This document shows positions 43,355-53,263 of a stretch of DNA of 64,000 nt, in pieces. The translations under genes were made by a program, and so were the position numbers. The stretch's first letter is position 1. The number at the start of each line of letters is the position of its first letter. The DNA comes from an uncultured delta proteobacterium (lineage in GTDB: Bacteria; Myxococcota_A; Polyangia; Fen-1088), in contig CAWCMR010000022.1 of the NCBI GenBank assembly GCA_963796685.1, forward strand, positions 160,001 through 224,000, in the 5' to 3' direction. Below the pieces are notes generated by a model that saw only the letters and a program-made list of their open reading frames with translations, did no database searches and had not been told where the DNA came from.

Positions 43355-44893
43355 CTACCCGCGCGGGCCGCTGTACTCGAGCCGCCCGCGCTCCAGAACC
43401 AGCACGTTCGTCACGCTGGCGGGGATTTCCTCGGGGTCGTGGGTCACGTAGATCATGGCGGCGCCGAGCGCTGCGACGGCCGCGGCCATGGCAACGGCCA
43501 GGGTAGCCCGACCCGCGGCATCGAGGCCTTGGCAGGGCTCGTCGAACAACAGCAGGGACGGCGCGTGGACCGCGGCTCGGGCCAGCAAGGCCAGACGGCG
43601 CGCCTCGGGGGCCAGGTCGGCCAAGAGGGAGTCGGCGTCCGCGCGCAACCCGAGGTGCTCCAGCCAGGTCCGCGCGAGGAGCGTTTGCTCGGGCGTGCTG
43701 CTCGCGTGCACCCCGAGCGAGCTGGCGAATCCCGACAGCACGACGTCGAAGGTTCGCGCATGCGCCGGATAGTAGGTCTCGAGCTCGGGCGACACCCAAC
43801 CCATCCACGACTTCTGATCCCAGATGCTGCGCCCAGGACCGAGCCTCTGCCCGGCGACGCGCACGTCGTTGGCATAGACCTGGGGATTGTCGGCCAAGAG
43901 CAAGCTGAGCAAGGTGGACTTGCCGCTGCCGTTGGGGCCGAGCAGCGCCCAGTGCTCGCCCTGGTCCACGCGCAGGGTGATGCCGTCGAGTAGGGTGACG
44001 GCACCGTGCCGGACGGTCACGTCTGTCATCTCCAAAATGGGAATGTCTTTCGGCAACTGCCGCGTCTCGACCCTGGGGATGGAGAAGGTGGGCTTCGCGG
44101 TCCGTCGTGGAGGCGGTTCTTCGCGAGGTGCCTCGACACCTCGAATGGCGCCGGCTTCCACGCGCAGCACATGGGTGATGCCGGGGGGCAGATCGCCTTC
44201 CCGCTCGGTCGCCAGAACCACGCCCATTCGTTCAGCATCGAGCTCGTCGAGGATCTCCAGCAGGCGATGCCGACTGTGCTCGTCCAGGCCGGCGCTGGGA
44301 TCGTCGATGAACAGCAGACGCGGTCGACGCAAGAGGGCTCGTGCCAGAACGAAGCGGTGCAATTCGCCGTTCGACAACGCCACCACCGGGCGACCGAGCA
44401 GGGGCGCGAGCTCGAGGCGTGCGATCTCCCGCTGCCGCGCTCGCTCGAAGTCGGGCGCGCCTGCATCGTCCAGCACGGCGAAGGGATTGCGCTGCTCGAC
44501 GTGGGCGCGCATGAGCAGGTCGGACACGGTGGCGGTACCCCACGACAGGGAGCCGTGCCAGCGGTATTGGTGGAACTCCCGCGCCAGCAGCCACTGCCGG
44601 TGCTCCGTCATCGAGGCCAGGGCCATACTTCCGGGCGGCAGCACGCCGAACACGGAATCCGCGAAGCGCGGATCGCCTTCGAGAAAAGGGTGTCGCAATC
44701 GCCCCGCGAGCAGCCCCAGCTTGCCCATGAGCCCGCCCACGAGCAAGCCCTTGCCGCTGCCGTTGGGACCGAGGATCGCCCAACGCTCGCCAGGCCGGAT
44801 GGTGAGCGTGCAACCGGCGAAGATGGGCCCTCGCGGCCCGCGAAAGGTCGCGTCTTCTGTCTGCACGTAGGCTGGTGGTCGGTGGGCAGTCAC
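43355..44893 (-). CDS. ModF-like ABC protein with two ATPase domains
   Basis: WAILGPNGSGK, LSNGE; WALLGPNGSGKST, DNPQVYAND, FDEPCQGLD, YVTH. Confidence 0.85.
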   Translation of the reverse strand: MTAHRPPAYVQTEDATFRGPRGPIFAGCTLTIRPGERWAILGPNGSGKGLLVGGLMGKLGLLAGRLRHPFLEGDPRFADSVFGVLPPGSMALASMTEHRQWLLAREFHQYRWHGSLSWGTATVSDLLMRAHVEQRNPFAVLDDAGAPDFERARQREIARLELAPLLGRPVVALSNGELHRFVLARALLRRPRLLFIDDPSAGLDEHSRHRLLEILDELDAERMGVVLATEREGDLPPGITHVLRVEAGAIRGVEAPREEPPPRRTAKPTFSIPRVETRQLPKDIPILEMTDVTVRHGAVTLLDGITLRVDQGEHWALLGPNGSGKSTLLSLLLADNPQVYANDVRVAGQRLGPGRSIWDQKSWMGWVSPELETYYPAHARTFDVVLSGFASSLGVHASSTPEQTLLARTWLEHLGLRADADSLLADLAPEARRLALLARAAVHAPSLLLFDEPCQGLDAAGRATLAVAMAAAVAALGAAMIYVTHDPEEIPASVTNVLVLERGRLEYSGPRG

Positions 44894-44896
44894 GGG

Positions 44897-45493
44897 ATGC
44901 GCGGACGCAGTCTACCCCGCACGCGCGACTGGTTGGCGGCCCTCGCCCGGGTGGGGGCCCAGCTGGTCATGCACGGCTACACCCATCGCATGGCGGGCCG
45001 CAGCCTTTCGCCGCGCGGTCTCGTGTGGGCGCACGGTTTCGCGCGCGGCCAGGGCGAATTTTTCCGCTGCGACGCCGACGAGACCAAGGCACGCCTCGAC
45101 CGCGCAAGCGCCATCCTCGAACGCGCAGGGTTCGCCGCAGCAACGAGGAGCTTCGTGCCCCCCGCCTGGCAGCTGTCGTCCGAGGCGCGCGATGTGGTCC
45201 GCGGCGCGGGGTACGAGTTCTACGAAATACTGGGTGGCATCGTGACCAAGCAAGGGGTGCATGCGCGGCGCCTGATCGGCTGGGGGGCGCTGAGCCGCAT
45301 CGAGGCGCACGCTACTTCGTGGTGGGCCGCGCTCCAGCGCCGCCGTCGGCCGACTGACACACGCCTTGCCATTCACCCGGCCGACCTGGCCAGACAGGTC
45401 ACCACGGATTCGATCCGCGCGTGCCTGCAACAGCTTCTGCCCTGCACGGCGCCGTGCACCTACCGCGCCTTCTTGGCCGATCGCGAACCGTAA
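44897..45493 (+). pseudogene. DUF2334/polysaccharide deacetylase-like, apparently N-truncated
   Basis: LVMHGYTH, QGEF, FVPPAW, RLAIHPAD; N-terminal HD motif absent. Confidence 0.6.
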
Positions 45494-45505
45494 CGGCGGT
45501 CGCGC

Positions 45506-45703
45506 ATGCGCCTGGCGCGGTGGGTGTGGAACAACCCCGACGCCTTTGCCTACAACCGCAAGTTTCGCGTGCAGGATCTGAAGGGCTCGTGCGCGGGGTG
45601 TGAATTTGGCGATGTGTGCCGCGGCGGCTGCACGTGGACCTCGGTGGCGCACGCGGGCCACCCGCACGAATTCCCGCACTGCTACTACAAGGTCGCGGGC
45701 TAG
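45506..45703 (+). pseudogene. radical SAM SPASM domain C-terminal fragment
   Basis: CAGCEFGDVCRGGC...PHCY; no radical SAM core upstream. Confidence 0.7.
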
Positions 45704-48189
45704 CCCTTCGTCTTCTTCTTTTTCGGCTCGCCGTTGTCGGCTTTGACTTCGTCCATGGTGGTGCGCAGGGTGCCACCGGTGTCGTTGGCCCGCACGCCGA
45801 GCGGGCGCTCCCAGGGGATGTCCTCGAGCGGCTGGCCGGCGGTGACCTCGTAGAGGTAGCGCGCGGTCATGGGCACGGTGAGCATGTAGGCGGCGTCCTT
45901 GAAGCCGAGCGGGCGCTCGCGGCGGTCGTCGCCGATCCAGGCCGTGGTCATCCAGCGCGAGGTGTAGCCGATGAACCACGTATCCATGGTCGCGCTCGAT
46001 GTGCCGGTCTTGCCGCCCACCAGCAGGCCCGAGCTGCGCAGGGCGGGGGCGTGGCCCTTGGTCACTACGTGGCGCAGAAGCTGCGAGGTCAGCCAGGCGG
46101 TGCGCGGCGGGATGACGTCCTTACTGCGCACGCCCGCCAGGGCCACCATGCGATCGAGGCGCTCGTCCGGGGCGCCCATGGGATCGGATACGGCGGTGTT
46201 GTCTTCCAGCACTTGGCCGCCGCGATCGCGCACCCGTCGGATGGAGACCGGCTCGGACAGCGAACCGTTGCGGGCGAAGGCCGAAAAGGCGCGGGTCAGC
46301 TCGTCGACGCGCGTGCACGAAGCGCCGAGAGCAAGCGCCTGATCGGGGATGATGGGGGTGGTGATGCCGAGACGGCGCGCCCAGGCCTCGACGTCCTTGC
46401 CGCCCACCAGCTTGAAGAGCTGCACCGACGGGACGTTCTTCGACCAGATGAGCGCGTACTCCAGGGTCACCTGGTATTCGACGGTGTTGTTGAGGTTCTG
46501 CGGTACCCAGACCTCGCCGGTGATGGGGTCGACCTCGGCCCGCGGGGTATCGTTGAGCAGCGAGGCGTAGCCGTAGCCGCGATCGAGGGCCAGCGAGTAG
46601 TAGACGGGCTTGTAGGTCGAGCCGGGCTGGCGGCAGGCCTGCACCACGCGGTTGAATTCCGAGCGGTCGAAGTCCAGGCCGCCGACCATGGCCACCACGT
46701 AGCCGGTTTGATGGTCGTAGGAATAAAGCGCGCCTTGAACCTTGGGCGTTTGCTCGAGTTGCAAGGCCACGGGACCGGACGGCGGCTTGCGCTCGTAGGC
46801 CGGGAGCCAATGCACCTCGCCCGCGTCGTCGTAGGTCCAGTCGGAGAAGCGGCGCAGATGCGAGCGATGCATGGGCGTCACCCACACCACGTCGCCTGGG
46901 TGAAGCACGCCATTGGTGCTGGTCAGGGTCTTGCCGTTGGTCGAATCCACCGTGCTGTACGGAAACGCCCAGTCCATGCCCGCCGAGGGCAGCGGGTAGA
47001 GCTTGTCGCCCACGCGCACCTGCGCCTTGCCGCCGCCTGTGCTCTCGACCAGGCCCAGGTACAGCTCGCCCTCGATGGGCACGGCGTTGCCGTAGCGCGC
47101 GCTCTCTCGGCGGCGGAGCTCGTCGGCCATGGGGCCCGCAACGTGCGCGAGCGGGCCCCGCCAGCCCTGGCGCTTGTCGAGCTTGCGCAAGGAGAAGTCG
47201 ACGTTTTCCTGCGCCGACTCGTCGATCCACGGCACGAGCGTGGTTTCGATGTCGAGGCCACCCTCCCAGAGGGCCTTGTCGCCGTAGCGCTTGGCGATGT
47301 CCCGCCGCACGTGCTCGGCGAAGTAGGGCGAGCGCTCGCGAAACACATCGGGCGGCTGGTGAACGGCCAGGGGGCGCGCGCGCAGGTTGTCGGCCGTGGC
47401 CTCGTCGATGACGCCCGCGGAGGCCATGGCGGTAAGCACCTGGTCGCGCCGGGCGCGCGTGAGGTCGGGCGCGAGGAGGGGCGAGTAGCGGCTGGGTGCT
47501 TGCACGATGCCGGCGAGGGTGGCCATCTCGTCGAGATCCAGCTCGCTGACCTGCTTGTTGAAGTAGCGCCGCGCAGCCGCCGCCACGCCGTAGGACTGGT
47601 GCCCGAAGAAGACCTGGTTGAGGTACAGCGCCAGGATCTGATTTTTCTCGTACCTCGCCTCCAGGCGCCGGGCCAGGATGGCCTCGCGAATCTTGCGCTG
47701 GATGGTCTGCTCGGACGTGTGCAGAAACGAGCGCGCGACCTGCTGGGTGATGGTCGAGCCGCCCTGCACCACGTGTCCGGCGCGCAGGTTGGCCACCAGG
47801 GCGCGCAGCATGCCGCGGTAGTCGATGCCGCTGTGCTCGTAGAAACGGCGATCCTCGATGGCGACGAAGGTCTGCAATAGCTCCTTGGGAAAGGCTTCGA
47901 GTGGGAGAATCTCGCGCCGCTCGCTGGCCAGCTCGGCCAAGTCCGTGCCGTCCCAGGCGTGCACGCGCGTCGACTCCGCGGCCTCCAGCCGATAGCGGGC
48001 GAAGTCAGGCAGCGACGGCAGGGTGCTGGCGAAGTAGGCGTAAAGGCCGATACCACCGAGCAGCCCCAGCCCGACGAGGCACAGGGCCGCGAATGCATAG
48101 AATTTGAAGAGCCAGAACCAGAACCCGCCGTCGGAAGGATTGATGACCTCGACGCGGGCCGCCTCTGGCGAGGTTAGTCGCCAACGCAC
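45700..48189 (-). CDS. class A penicillin-binding protein (PBP1A family)
   Basis: EDRRFYEHSGID, GGSTITQQ, RKIRE, YLN; RQPGSTYK, SKN, GKTGT. Confidence 0.95.
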   Translation of the reverse strand: MRWRLTSPEAARVEVINPSDGGFWFWLFKFYAFAALCLVGLGLLGGIGLYAYFASTLPSLPDFARYRLEAAESTRVHAWDGTDLAELASERREILPLEAFPKELLQTFVAIEDRRFYEHSGIDYRGMLRALVANLRAGHVVQGGSTITQQVARSFLHTSEQTIQRKIREAILARRLEARYEKNQILALYLNQVFFGHQSYGVAAAARRYFNKQVSELDLDEMATLAGIVQAPSRYSPLLAPDLTRARRDQVLTAMASAGVIDEATADNLRARPLAVHQPPDVFRERSPYFAEHVRRDIAKRYGDKALWEGGLDIETTLVPWIDESAQENVDFSLRKLDKRQGWRGPLAHVAGPMADELRRRESARYGNAVPIEGELYLGLVESTGGGKAQVRVGDKLYPLPSAGMDWAFPYSTVDSTNGKTLTSTNGVLHPGDVVWVTPMHRSHLRRFSDWTYDDAGEVHWLPAYERKPPSGPVALQLEQTPKVQGALYSYDHQTGYVVAMVGGLDFDRSEFNRVVQACRQPGSTYKPVYYSLALDRGYGYASLLNDTPRAEVDPITGEVWVPQNLNNTVEYQVTLEYALIWSKNVPSVQLFKLVGGKDVEAWARRLGITTPIIPDQALALGASCTRVDELTRAFSAFARNGSLSEPVSIRRVRDRGGQVLEDNTAVSDPMGAPDERLDRMVALAGVRSKDVIPPRTAWLTSQLLRHVVTKGHAPALRSSGLLVGGKTGTSSATMDTWFIGYTSRWMTTAWIGDDRRERPLGFKDAAYMLTVPMTARYLYEVTAGQPLEDIPWERPLGVRANDTGGTLRTTMDEVKADNGEPKKKKTKG

Positions 48190-48251
48190 GGACCGAATCT
48201 AGCACCACAGAGGGCACGGAGAATTGGGAACTTCCCAGGGTTCCGCCAGAC

Positions 48252-48455
48252 CGCGCGAGGCCGAGCGCAGCGAGGGGGAGGTAGGGCGGGTTGGTGGTGC
48301 CTCGGGTTTGGGAACCCTTTGAGGGTTCCCATGATCGCGTTGGCGTAGCCGGGCTTTGCCCGGCAGAGCCATAGCGCGCGAGGCCGAGCGCAGCGAGCGG
48401 GGTGGTGGGTGGCGGGTAGGGGCCTCGGGTTTGGGAACCCTTTGAGGGTTCCCAT
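48252..48455. repeat. two direct copies (123-bp period) of a REP-like unit with hairpin GGGAACCCT-TTG-AGGGTTCCC
   Basis: CGCGCGAGGCCGAGCGCAGCGAG and GCCTCGGGTTTGGGAACCCTTTGAGGGTTCCCAT each occur twice. Confidence 0.88.
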
Positions 48456-48456
48456 T

Positions 48457-49728
48457 TCAATAAATCGCGACGCCGGCGGTGAACATCTCGGTCGCAGCCC
48501 AGCCGCCGTCGGGTGCGACGTGGGCGGAGGTGTAGTCGGCGCGCGCGGTGAGGGCGAGGCGTGTGGTGAGGGCCAGCTCGAGGATGAGGCCGCCTCCGAA
48601 AGCAGCGCCCTGGCGCGTACCGCCGCTGGCGTCGTCGGCGTATTGCACGCCGCCGTGCCCGAAACCGCCCAGGTGCAGGCGCCAAACGCTGACCGGAAAG
48701 ACCTGTGCTTCGAGGGCCAGGGTGTGGCGATAGTACGACTTGCCGTCTGCATCCGAGCCGCCCGAGAAGGCCCACCCGGCGAGCAGGCCGAAGGCTCGGT
48801 GGGGGAAGTAGCCGAGCTGGAGGTTGGTTGCGAAGCCGTTCGCGGAGAAGGTGGAGGTGGACGAGTGCAGTGCGCCCAGGTCCAACTTGAACGCGAAGCC
48901 CTGGCGATCGAGCGGTCGGCGCCCGAGGCGCATGAGGCCCCAGCCCTCGTCGTCCATGACCACGGCCTGCGAGGTCGACGACGCGTCGGCCGGCGTGAGC
49001 TGGGCCAGCGGAACTTCGCGTTCCTGGCCCCCGGCCTCCTTCAAATGAAGGGGCTGCCAAGGATACATGGCCACGCTGCCATCGTAGCGCGCGCCCTCGG
49101 TGGCGACCATGCCGACGGTGGCCACCAGGGCGGCGGCGATGATCACGGCCGCGAGCTCGTTCTTGCTGCCACCCCCTCCGCCGAGCTTGCTGCCGCCCGA
49201 GCCGGGTGACCGGGGACCATGGGGCGTCGTGGGCGCAGCGCGGCCAGGAACACCACCGACGGGACCACGCGGCCCGGGCAGGGCGCGCGGGCCGACGCCG
49301 GGTCCCGGATGAGGCCCACCGAGCGGCACGGGCGGGCCGGGCGCGATGAGGATCCCGACGCCCACACCGACGTGCGAATCCGGACCTTCCTCCAAGTCCC
49401 CTTCGGGCGCGTATCCTGCGGGCGGCGGTCCGTAGGCCTGGCCTTGCGGGTACGGCTGTGGCGGCGGCGGAGGTTGGGTAGGAGGTTGGGTCGTGTCGAT
49501 GGCTTCGCCTCGACGGTCGCCGATGTCCTGCACAACGTGCACGCGCTGTCCACGCTGCTCGGGCGGCAACTGCGCCAGACGCGCAAGCTCGGGCTTGGGG
49601 ATCACGTATTCGTTCGAGAGACACCCGCCGCACGCATAGGACAGGAACGCGGCGAAGACGAAGACCGTGGGGATCTGCCTGTCATGGCGGAATCCATCGC
49701 TGGCGCGGAAAGCGGCTTGCGTTCGCAT
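48457..49728 (-). CDS. hypothetical lipoprotein, Pro/Gly-rich middle, C-terminal beta-barrel-like
   Basis: ACGGC after hydrophobic stretch; amphipathic strands ending TAGVAIY. Confidence 0.6.
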   Translation of the reverse strand: MRTQAAFRASDGFRHDRQIPTVFVFAAFLSYACGGCLSNEYVIPKPELARLAQLPPEQRGQRVHVVQDIGDRRGEAIDTTQPPTQPPPPPQPYPQGQAYGPPPAGYAPEGDLEEGPDSHVGVGVGILIAPGPPVPLGGPHPGPGVGPRALPGPRGPVGGVPGRAAPTTPHGPRSPGSGGSKLGGGGGSKNELAAVIIAAALVATVGMVATEGARYDGSVAMYPWQPLHLKEAGGQEREVPLAQLTPADASSTSQAVVMDDEGWGLMRLGRRPLDRQGFAFKLDLGALHSSTSTFSANGFATNLQLGYFPHRAFGLLAGWAFSGGSDADGKSYYRHTLALEAQVFPVSVWRLHLGGFGHGGVQYADDASGGTRQGAAFGGGLILELALTTRLALTARADYTSAHVAPDGGWAATEMFTAGVAIY

Positions 49729-49741
49729 GCCGCCTGACGGT

Positions 49742-49757
49742 AGCAGTTTTCGTGCCG
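49742..49757 (-). promoter_or_regulatory. candidate sigma54 promoter
   Basis: minus strand CGGCACGAAAACTGCT. Confidence 0.45.
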
Positions 49758-49984
49758 CGTGTGCACGCGGCGAGCAAGTGATTCCTTTCGCGGGGTTGCA
49801 CGTCTGAGCCGGTGAGCGGCCGGGAAACCTGTGGCGTGGAAGTCACGCCATGTCTTCACGGCGGCACGGCGGGAGAATTCGCGCAAGCGACCACGATTCC
49901 TCGACGGCGGCTTCTTGCGAGGCTCGCTGAACGAACGTATAGTGAAAACCAGGTGACGAGCAAAACTCAAGGTTGGGAGGAACC

Positions 49985-50293
49985 ATGGGAATTGACGTAC
50001 GCGTGGAGACCGAATCAGGCGAAGTTCAAGATGAAGTTCTCGACGACAACAACCTGACCGAGAAGCTGCTCCCCGACCGGGAGGACCGGACCTCGCCGTG
50101 CTTGCGCTTCGTCGATCCGTTCGGCGACACGCTCTTCAACCAGGTTCAGATTCCGTTCGTGATCGACGAGCTCGAAAAGCGCCTGCGCGGATCCTCCAAA
50201 CCCGAGGTGAAGGCGCATTGCGAGGCAATCATCAAGGTGGTCACGGCCACCGTAGGCGAAGAGCACACCTACGTGCGTTTCTCAGGCGAGTAG
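49985..50293 (+). CDS. small acidic hypothetical protein
   Basis: GGAGG RBS; CLRFVDPFGDTLFNQVQ, ends YVRFSGE. Confidence 0.7.
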   Translation: MGIDVRVETESGEVQDEVLDDNNLTEKLLPDREDRTSPCLRFVDPFGDTLFNQVQIPFVIDELEKRLRGSSKPEVKAHCEAIIKVVTATVGEEHTYVRFSGE

Positions 50294-50294
50294 C

Positions 50295-51530
50295 TTGAAA
50301 ACGGGTACCGCCGATCTGCCTTTGCACGGCGGGCGCGTGCCGATGTGGCTGGCTTCGCGCATGGCAAGCCTGGGGCGGGTCATCGTCGAGGCCCTGGTTC
50401 TCGAATACGGGCGCGACGAGGTCCTGCGCCGGCTCGCCGATCCCTTCTGGTTTCAGTCCTTGGGCTGCGTGATGGGCATGGACTGGCATTCGTCCGGAAT
50501 CACCACCAGCGTCCTCGGCGCGCTCAAGCGTGGGCTGGCCCCGGTGGCGGACGAGCTGGGTATTCACGTGTGCGGCGGGCGAGGCCGACATTCGCGGCGC
50601 ACGCCCGACGAGCTGCTGGCGCTCGGCGAGCGCATCTCCGTCGATGCCCCTGCTCTCGTACGCACGAGCCGCCTGGTGGCCAAGGTGGACAGCGCAGCCG
50701 TGCAGGATGGCTTCGATCTCTATCTGCACGGTTTCGTGGTGACCGATGACGGCAAGTGGGCGGTGGTGCAGCAGGGGATGAATCCCGACAAGCGTCAGGC
50801 CCGGCGCTACCACTGGCTGTGGGATCGCGCCGGCTCGTTCGTCGAGGAGCCGCACAACGCGATCGAGGGCGAGCCGCAGCCGTTTCCCATCGTCAACCTG
50901 ACCGATCGCGCGGCGGCGGATGCGCGCGCGCGGACCGTGGAGCTTGCGCTTTCCGATCCCGCGCTCGTGGTCGCAGGCGTCGAGCGCGTGCTGACCATGC
51001 CAAGTCACCACGAGGTGCGCGCGGAGAACCTGGACCTGCGTCGGCTTGATGCGGCCCTGCAGGTCGCGGCCCACCTCGGGCCGACAAGCTTTCCCGAGCT
51101 TCTGCTCACCCCGCAGATCGGCAAGCGCACGCTGCTGGCCTTGGCCTTGGTCGCCGAGGTCGTGCACGGGGCGCCAAGCCGGTTCACGGATCCGGCGCGC
51201 TTTTCCTTCGCTCACGGCGGCAAGGACGGCCACCCTTTTCCTGTGCCGCTCAAGATCTACGACGAAACCCTGCGCGTGCTTCGGTGTGCGGTGGACCGGG
51301 CGAAGCTCGACCAGGGCGCCAGGCGCATGGCCCTGCGGCGGCTCGACGAGCAATGTCGGATTTTCGAGGCTGCTTCCGAGGGACGGCCGCTGCCGTCGGA
51401 CGCAGCACCGCTATGGTCCAGTTTGGTCGAGCGCGAGAGACGCGCGTCGTCGGCCCTGGACGGCCGCACCTGCGTGCGCAACGCCCCAAAACCGCGCCGG
51501 CGCCCGCGCCAACTGACCTTGCCGTTCTAG
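50295..51530 (+). CDS. DUF763 domain protein
   Basis: ADLPLHGG, DPFWFQSLGCVMGMDWHSSG, QDGF, FSFAHGGKDG. Confidence 0.88.
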   Translation: MKTGTADLPLHGGRVPMWLASRMASLGRVIVEALVLEYGRDEVLRRLADPFWFQSLGCVMGMDWHSSGITTSVLGALKRGLAPVADELGIHVCGGRGRHSRRTPDELLALGERISVDAPALVRTSRLVAKVDSAAVQDGFDLYLHGFVVTDDGKWAVVQQGMNPDKRQARRYHWLWDRAGSFVEEPHNAIEGEPQPFPIVNLTDRAAADARARTVELALSDPALVVAGVERVLTMPSHHEVRAENLDLRRLDAALQVAAHLGPTSFPELLLTPQIGKRTLLALALVAEVVHGAPSRFTDPARFSFAHGGKDGHPFPVPLKIYDETLRVLRCAVDRAKLDQGARRMALRRLDEQCRIFEAASEGRPLPSDAAPLWSSLVERERRASSALDGRTCVRNAPKPRRRPRQLTLPF

Positions 51531-51594
51531 AGCACCGAACGGTTTGAAAGTGCCGGGAATTCAAGAAGTTGCTACGCACGTGCGCGCTCCGATC

Positions 51595-51714
51595 CCCTCG
51601 CCCCGCGCAGCGGGGAGAGGGCTAGGGTGAGGGGTCAGCGCACTCTCTCGCATGGCCGAACCCCTCACCCGACGCGCTTCGCGCGTCGACCTCTCCCCGC
51701 TTCGCGGGGCGAGG
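51595..51714. repeat. REP-like inverted pair (CCCTCACCC...CTCTCCCC...GGGG.GAGG type)
   Basis: CCTCGCCCCGCGCAGCGGGGAGAGG and its reverse-complement-like CCTCTCCCCGCTTCGCGGGGCGAGG between convergent genes. Confidence 0.75.
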
Positions 51715-51847
51715 TGAACCTTCCGAGTACTTCGCAAGCTCTCGATTCTGCACGGCATTCGACCCGTTCGGTGCTCTAGCCGGGCTGTGGTCGTTCTCGG
51801 CTCGAAGGGGATGTGTCGCGCCTGACGGCGCCATGGAACGAGCGTGC

Positions 51848-52036
51848 CTACCGCTCGCGAAGCGCCTTGACCAGGATCTTGAGGGCGAGCCGCTGTGGGC
51901 TGACCTTGTACGTGCCGTTGGCGACCAGCTGTCGCAGGTGTTGGACTCGCATCTGCCGAGCAACCGCGTCGGCATTCACGCCCAGCGGAGCTTTCGCGGG
52001 CGCTTTTCGTAGCTGGAGATTTTCCGATGGTGCCAT
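51848..52036 (-). CDS. flgM: FlgM-like anti-sigma28 factor
   Basis: RVQHLRQLVANGTYKVSPQRLALKIL resembles the FlgM C-terminus; adjacent to fliA. Confidence 0.72.
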   Translation of the reverse strand: MAPSENLQLRKAPAKAPLGVNADAVARQMRVQHLRQLVANGTYKVSPQRLALKILVKALRER

Positions 52037-52044
52037 ACACAACC

Positions 52045-52071
52045 ACATCGGTCCCCCCGCCAGAAACCTTA
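52045..52071 (-). promoter_or_regulatory. candidate sigma28 promoter of flgM
   Basis: minus strand TAAGGTTT-N11-ACCGATGT vs consensus TAAAGTTT-N11-GCCGATAA. Confidence 0.65.
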
Positions 52072-52152
52072 AGCCGATTGTTACACTTTCGTGAAAGCTC
52101 AATGATTGCGCGTGGCTCGAGGTCTAGGAGGCTGGTGCTTGACACCAGCCTC

Positions 52153-52950
52153 CTAGGCCGCGACTGCGTCCTCGATGTCCGAGAGGGATTCGCGCAGGCG
52201 GCGGGTCGCCTCGCCGTGGATCTGGCACACACGCGATTCGGTGACGCCCAGGATTTCCCCGATCTCCTTGAGGTTCATGTTCTCGCAGTAGTAGAGCGAG
52301 AGCACTTGCTGCATCTTCTCGGGCAGATCGTCGATGCCGGAAACCAGACGCGCCAGCGCTTCGCGGTGGGCGGTGAGCTCGAAGGGATCGGGCGAGTTGG
52401 TGTCGCTCGTGCGATCGAGAAAATCGGGTCCCGCGTCGTCGATGCCGACCACGGACGAGCCCGAGAGCTTCTGCTGGCGCGTGTAGAGCTCGTCGACCTT
52501 GAGGCCGAGGGTCTGTGCCAACTCGGCCTGGTCGGGCGAGCGGCCGAGCTCGGATTCCAGCTTGCGCGAAGCCTCGCGCAGCTCGTTGGATAGGCGACGC
52601 ATGTCGCGAGAGAGCGTGTCGCGCGCGCGCAGATCGTCGAGCATCGCTCCGCGAATGCGGAATTCGGCGAAGGCCTCGAAGCGGTCGACGCGCTTGGGGT
52701 CGAAGCGCTCGGCGGCTTCCATGAGTCCGATCACGCCGGCCGAAACCAGATCGTCGATCTCGACGTGAGCCGGAAGTCGGCGCGCGAGACGGCGGGCAAC
52801 CTTCTCGATGTAAGGGAAGAACTTCGCAGCGTAGACCTTGCGCCGACTGGCCAGTGCCTTGGCGGAGAGTTTGCGCACGGGTTTCTTGGCCTTGGTGAGT
52901 TCGGGGCGCTTTCGCTGCTTTCCAACCTGGTTCCGCTTCGCGTTTGGCAT
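52153..52950 (-). CDS. fliA: FliA/WhiG family sigma factor (sigma28)
   Basis: RLPAHVEIDDLVSAGVIGL, RIRGAMLDDLR, LSLYY, LKEIGEILGVTESRVCQIH. Confidence 0.93.
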   Translation of the reverse strand: MPNAKRNQVGKQRKRPELTKAKKPVRKLSAKALASRRKVYAAKFFPYIEKVARRLARRLPAHVEIDDLVSAGVIGLMEAAERFDPKRVDRFEAFAEFRIRGAMLDDLRARDTLSRDMRRLSNELREASRKLESELGRSPDQAELAQTLGLKVDELYTRQQKLSGSSVVGIDDAGPDFLDRTSDTNSPDPFELTAHREALARLVSGIDDLPEKMQQVLSLYYCENMNLKEIGEILGVTESRVCQIHGEATRRLRESLSDIEDAVAA

Positions 52951-52962
52951 GCGGGAGCGGAG

Positions 52963-52979
52963 TGCAGGGGCCGTGCCAC
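52963..52979 (-). promoter_or_regulatory. candidate sigma54 promoter of fliA
   Basis: minus strand GTGGCACGGCCCCTGCA, 12 nt before ATG. Confidence 0.7.
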
Positions 52980-53142
52980 GTTCAGGGTCGAGCTAAGTTG
53001 GCCATCTTCCTGGTTATTGGTTTTTTGATCGCTCTGGATCGTCAGCCAAATGACATTTGCTCTGAGTACAAACCGTCAAGCAGGTGACGACGGGTCAGGA
53101 AAACGTTATGGCGCTGACGATCGAAAGACCGATGGACATTTC

Positions 53143-53233
53143 AAGGGGCGGGCCGCGGCCCGCCCCTCGTCCGCGAAGTGAATTCGCGGACTTCACCCCA
53201 CCTGCGGCCGAGCCTTTGGCTCGGCTTTCTGAT
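53143..53233 (-). repeat. REP/MITE-like ~90 bp element, copy 2
   Basis: reverse complement similar to 27216-27304. Confidence 0.85.
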
Positions 53234-53263
53234 GACCTGTCCAATTGATGGACAGGTCATCAG
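53229..53263. terminator. perfect 15-bp stem-loop at 3' end of FleQ-like gene
   Basis: CTGATGACCTGTCCA-ATTGA-TGGACAGGTCATCAG; no clear U-tract on the minus strand. Confidence 0.5.

Noticed and set aside
48252-48455. Repeat-spacer-repeat pattern as a possible CRISPR array
   Set aside because: Only two units, 123-bp period with conserved internal blocks, and no cas genes
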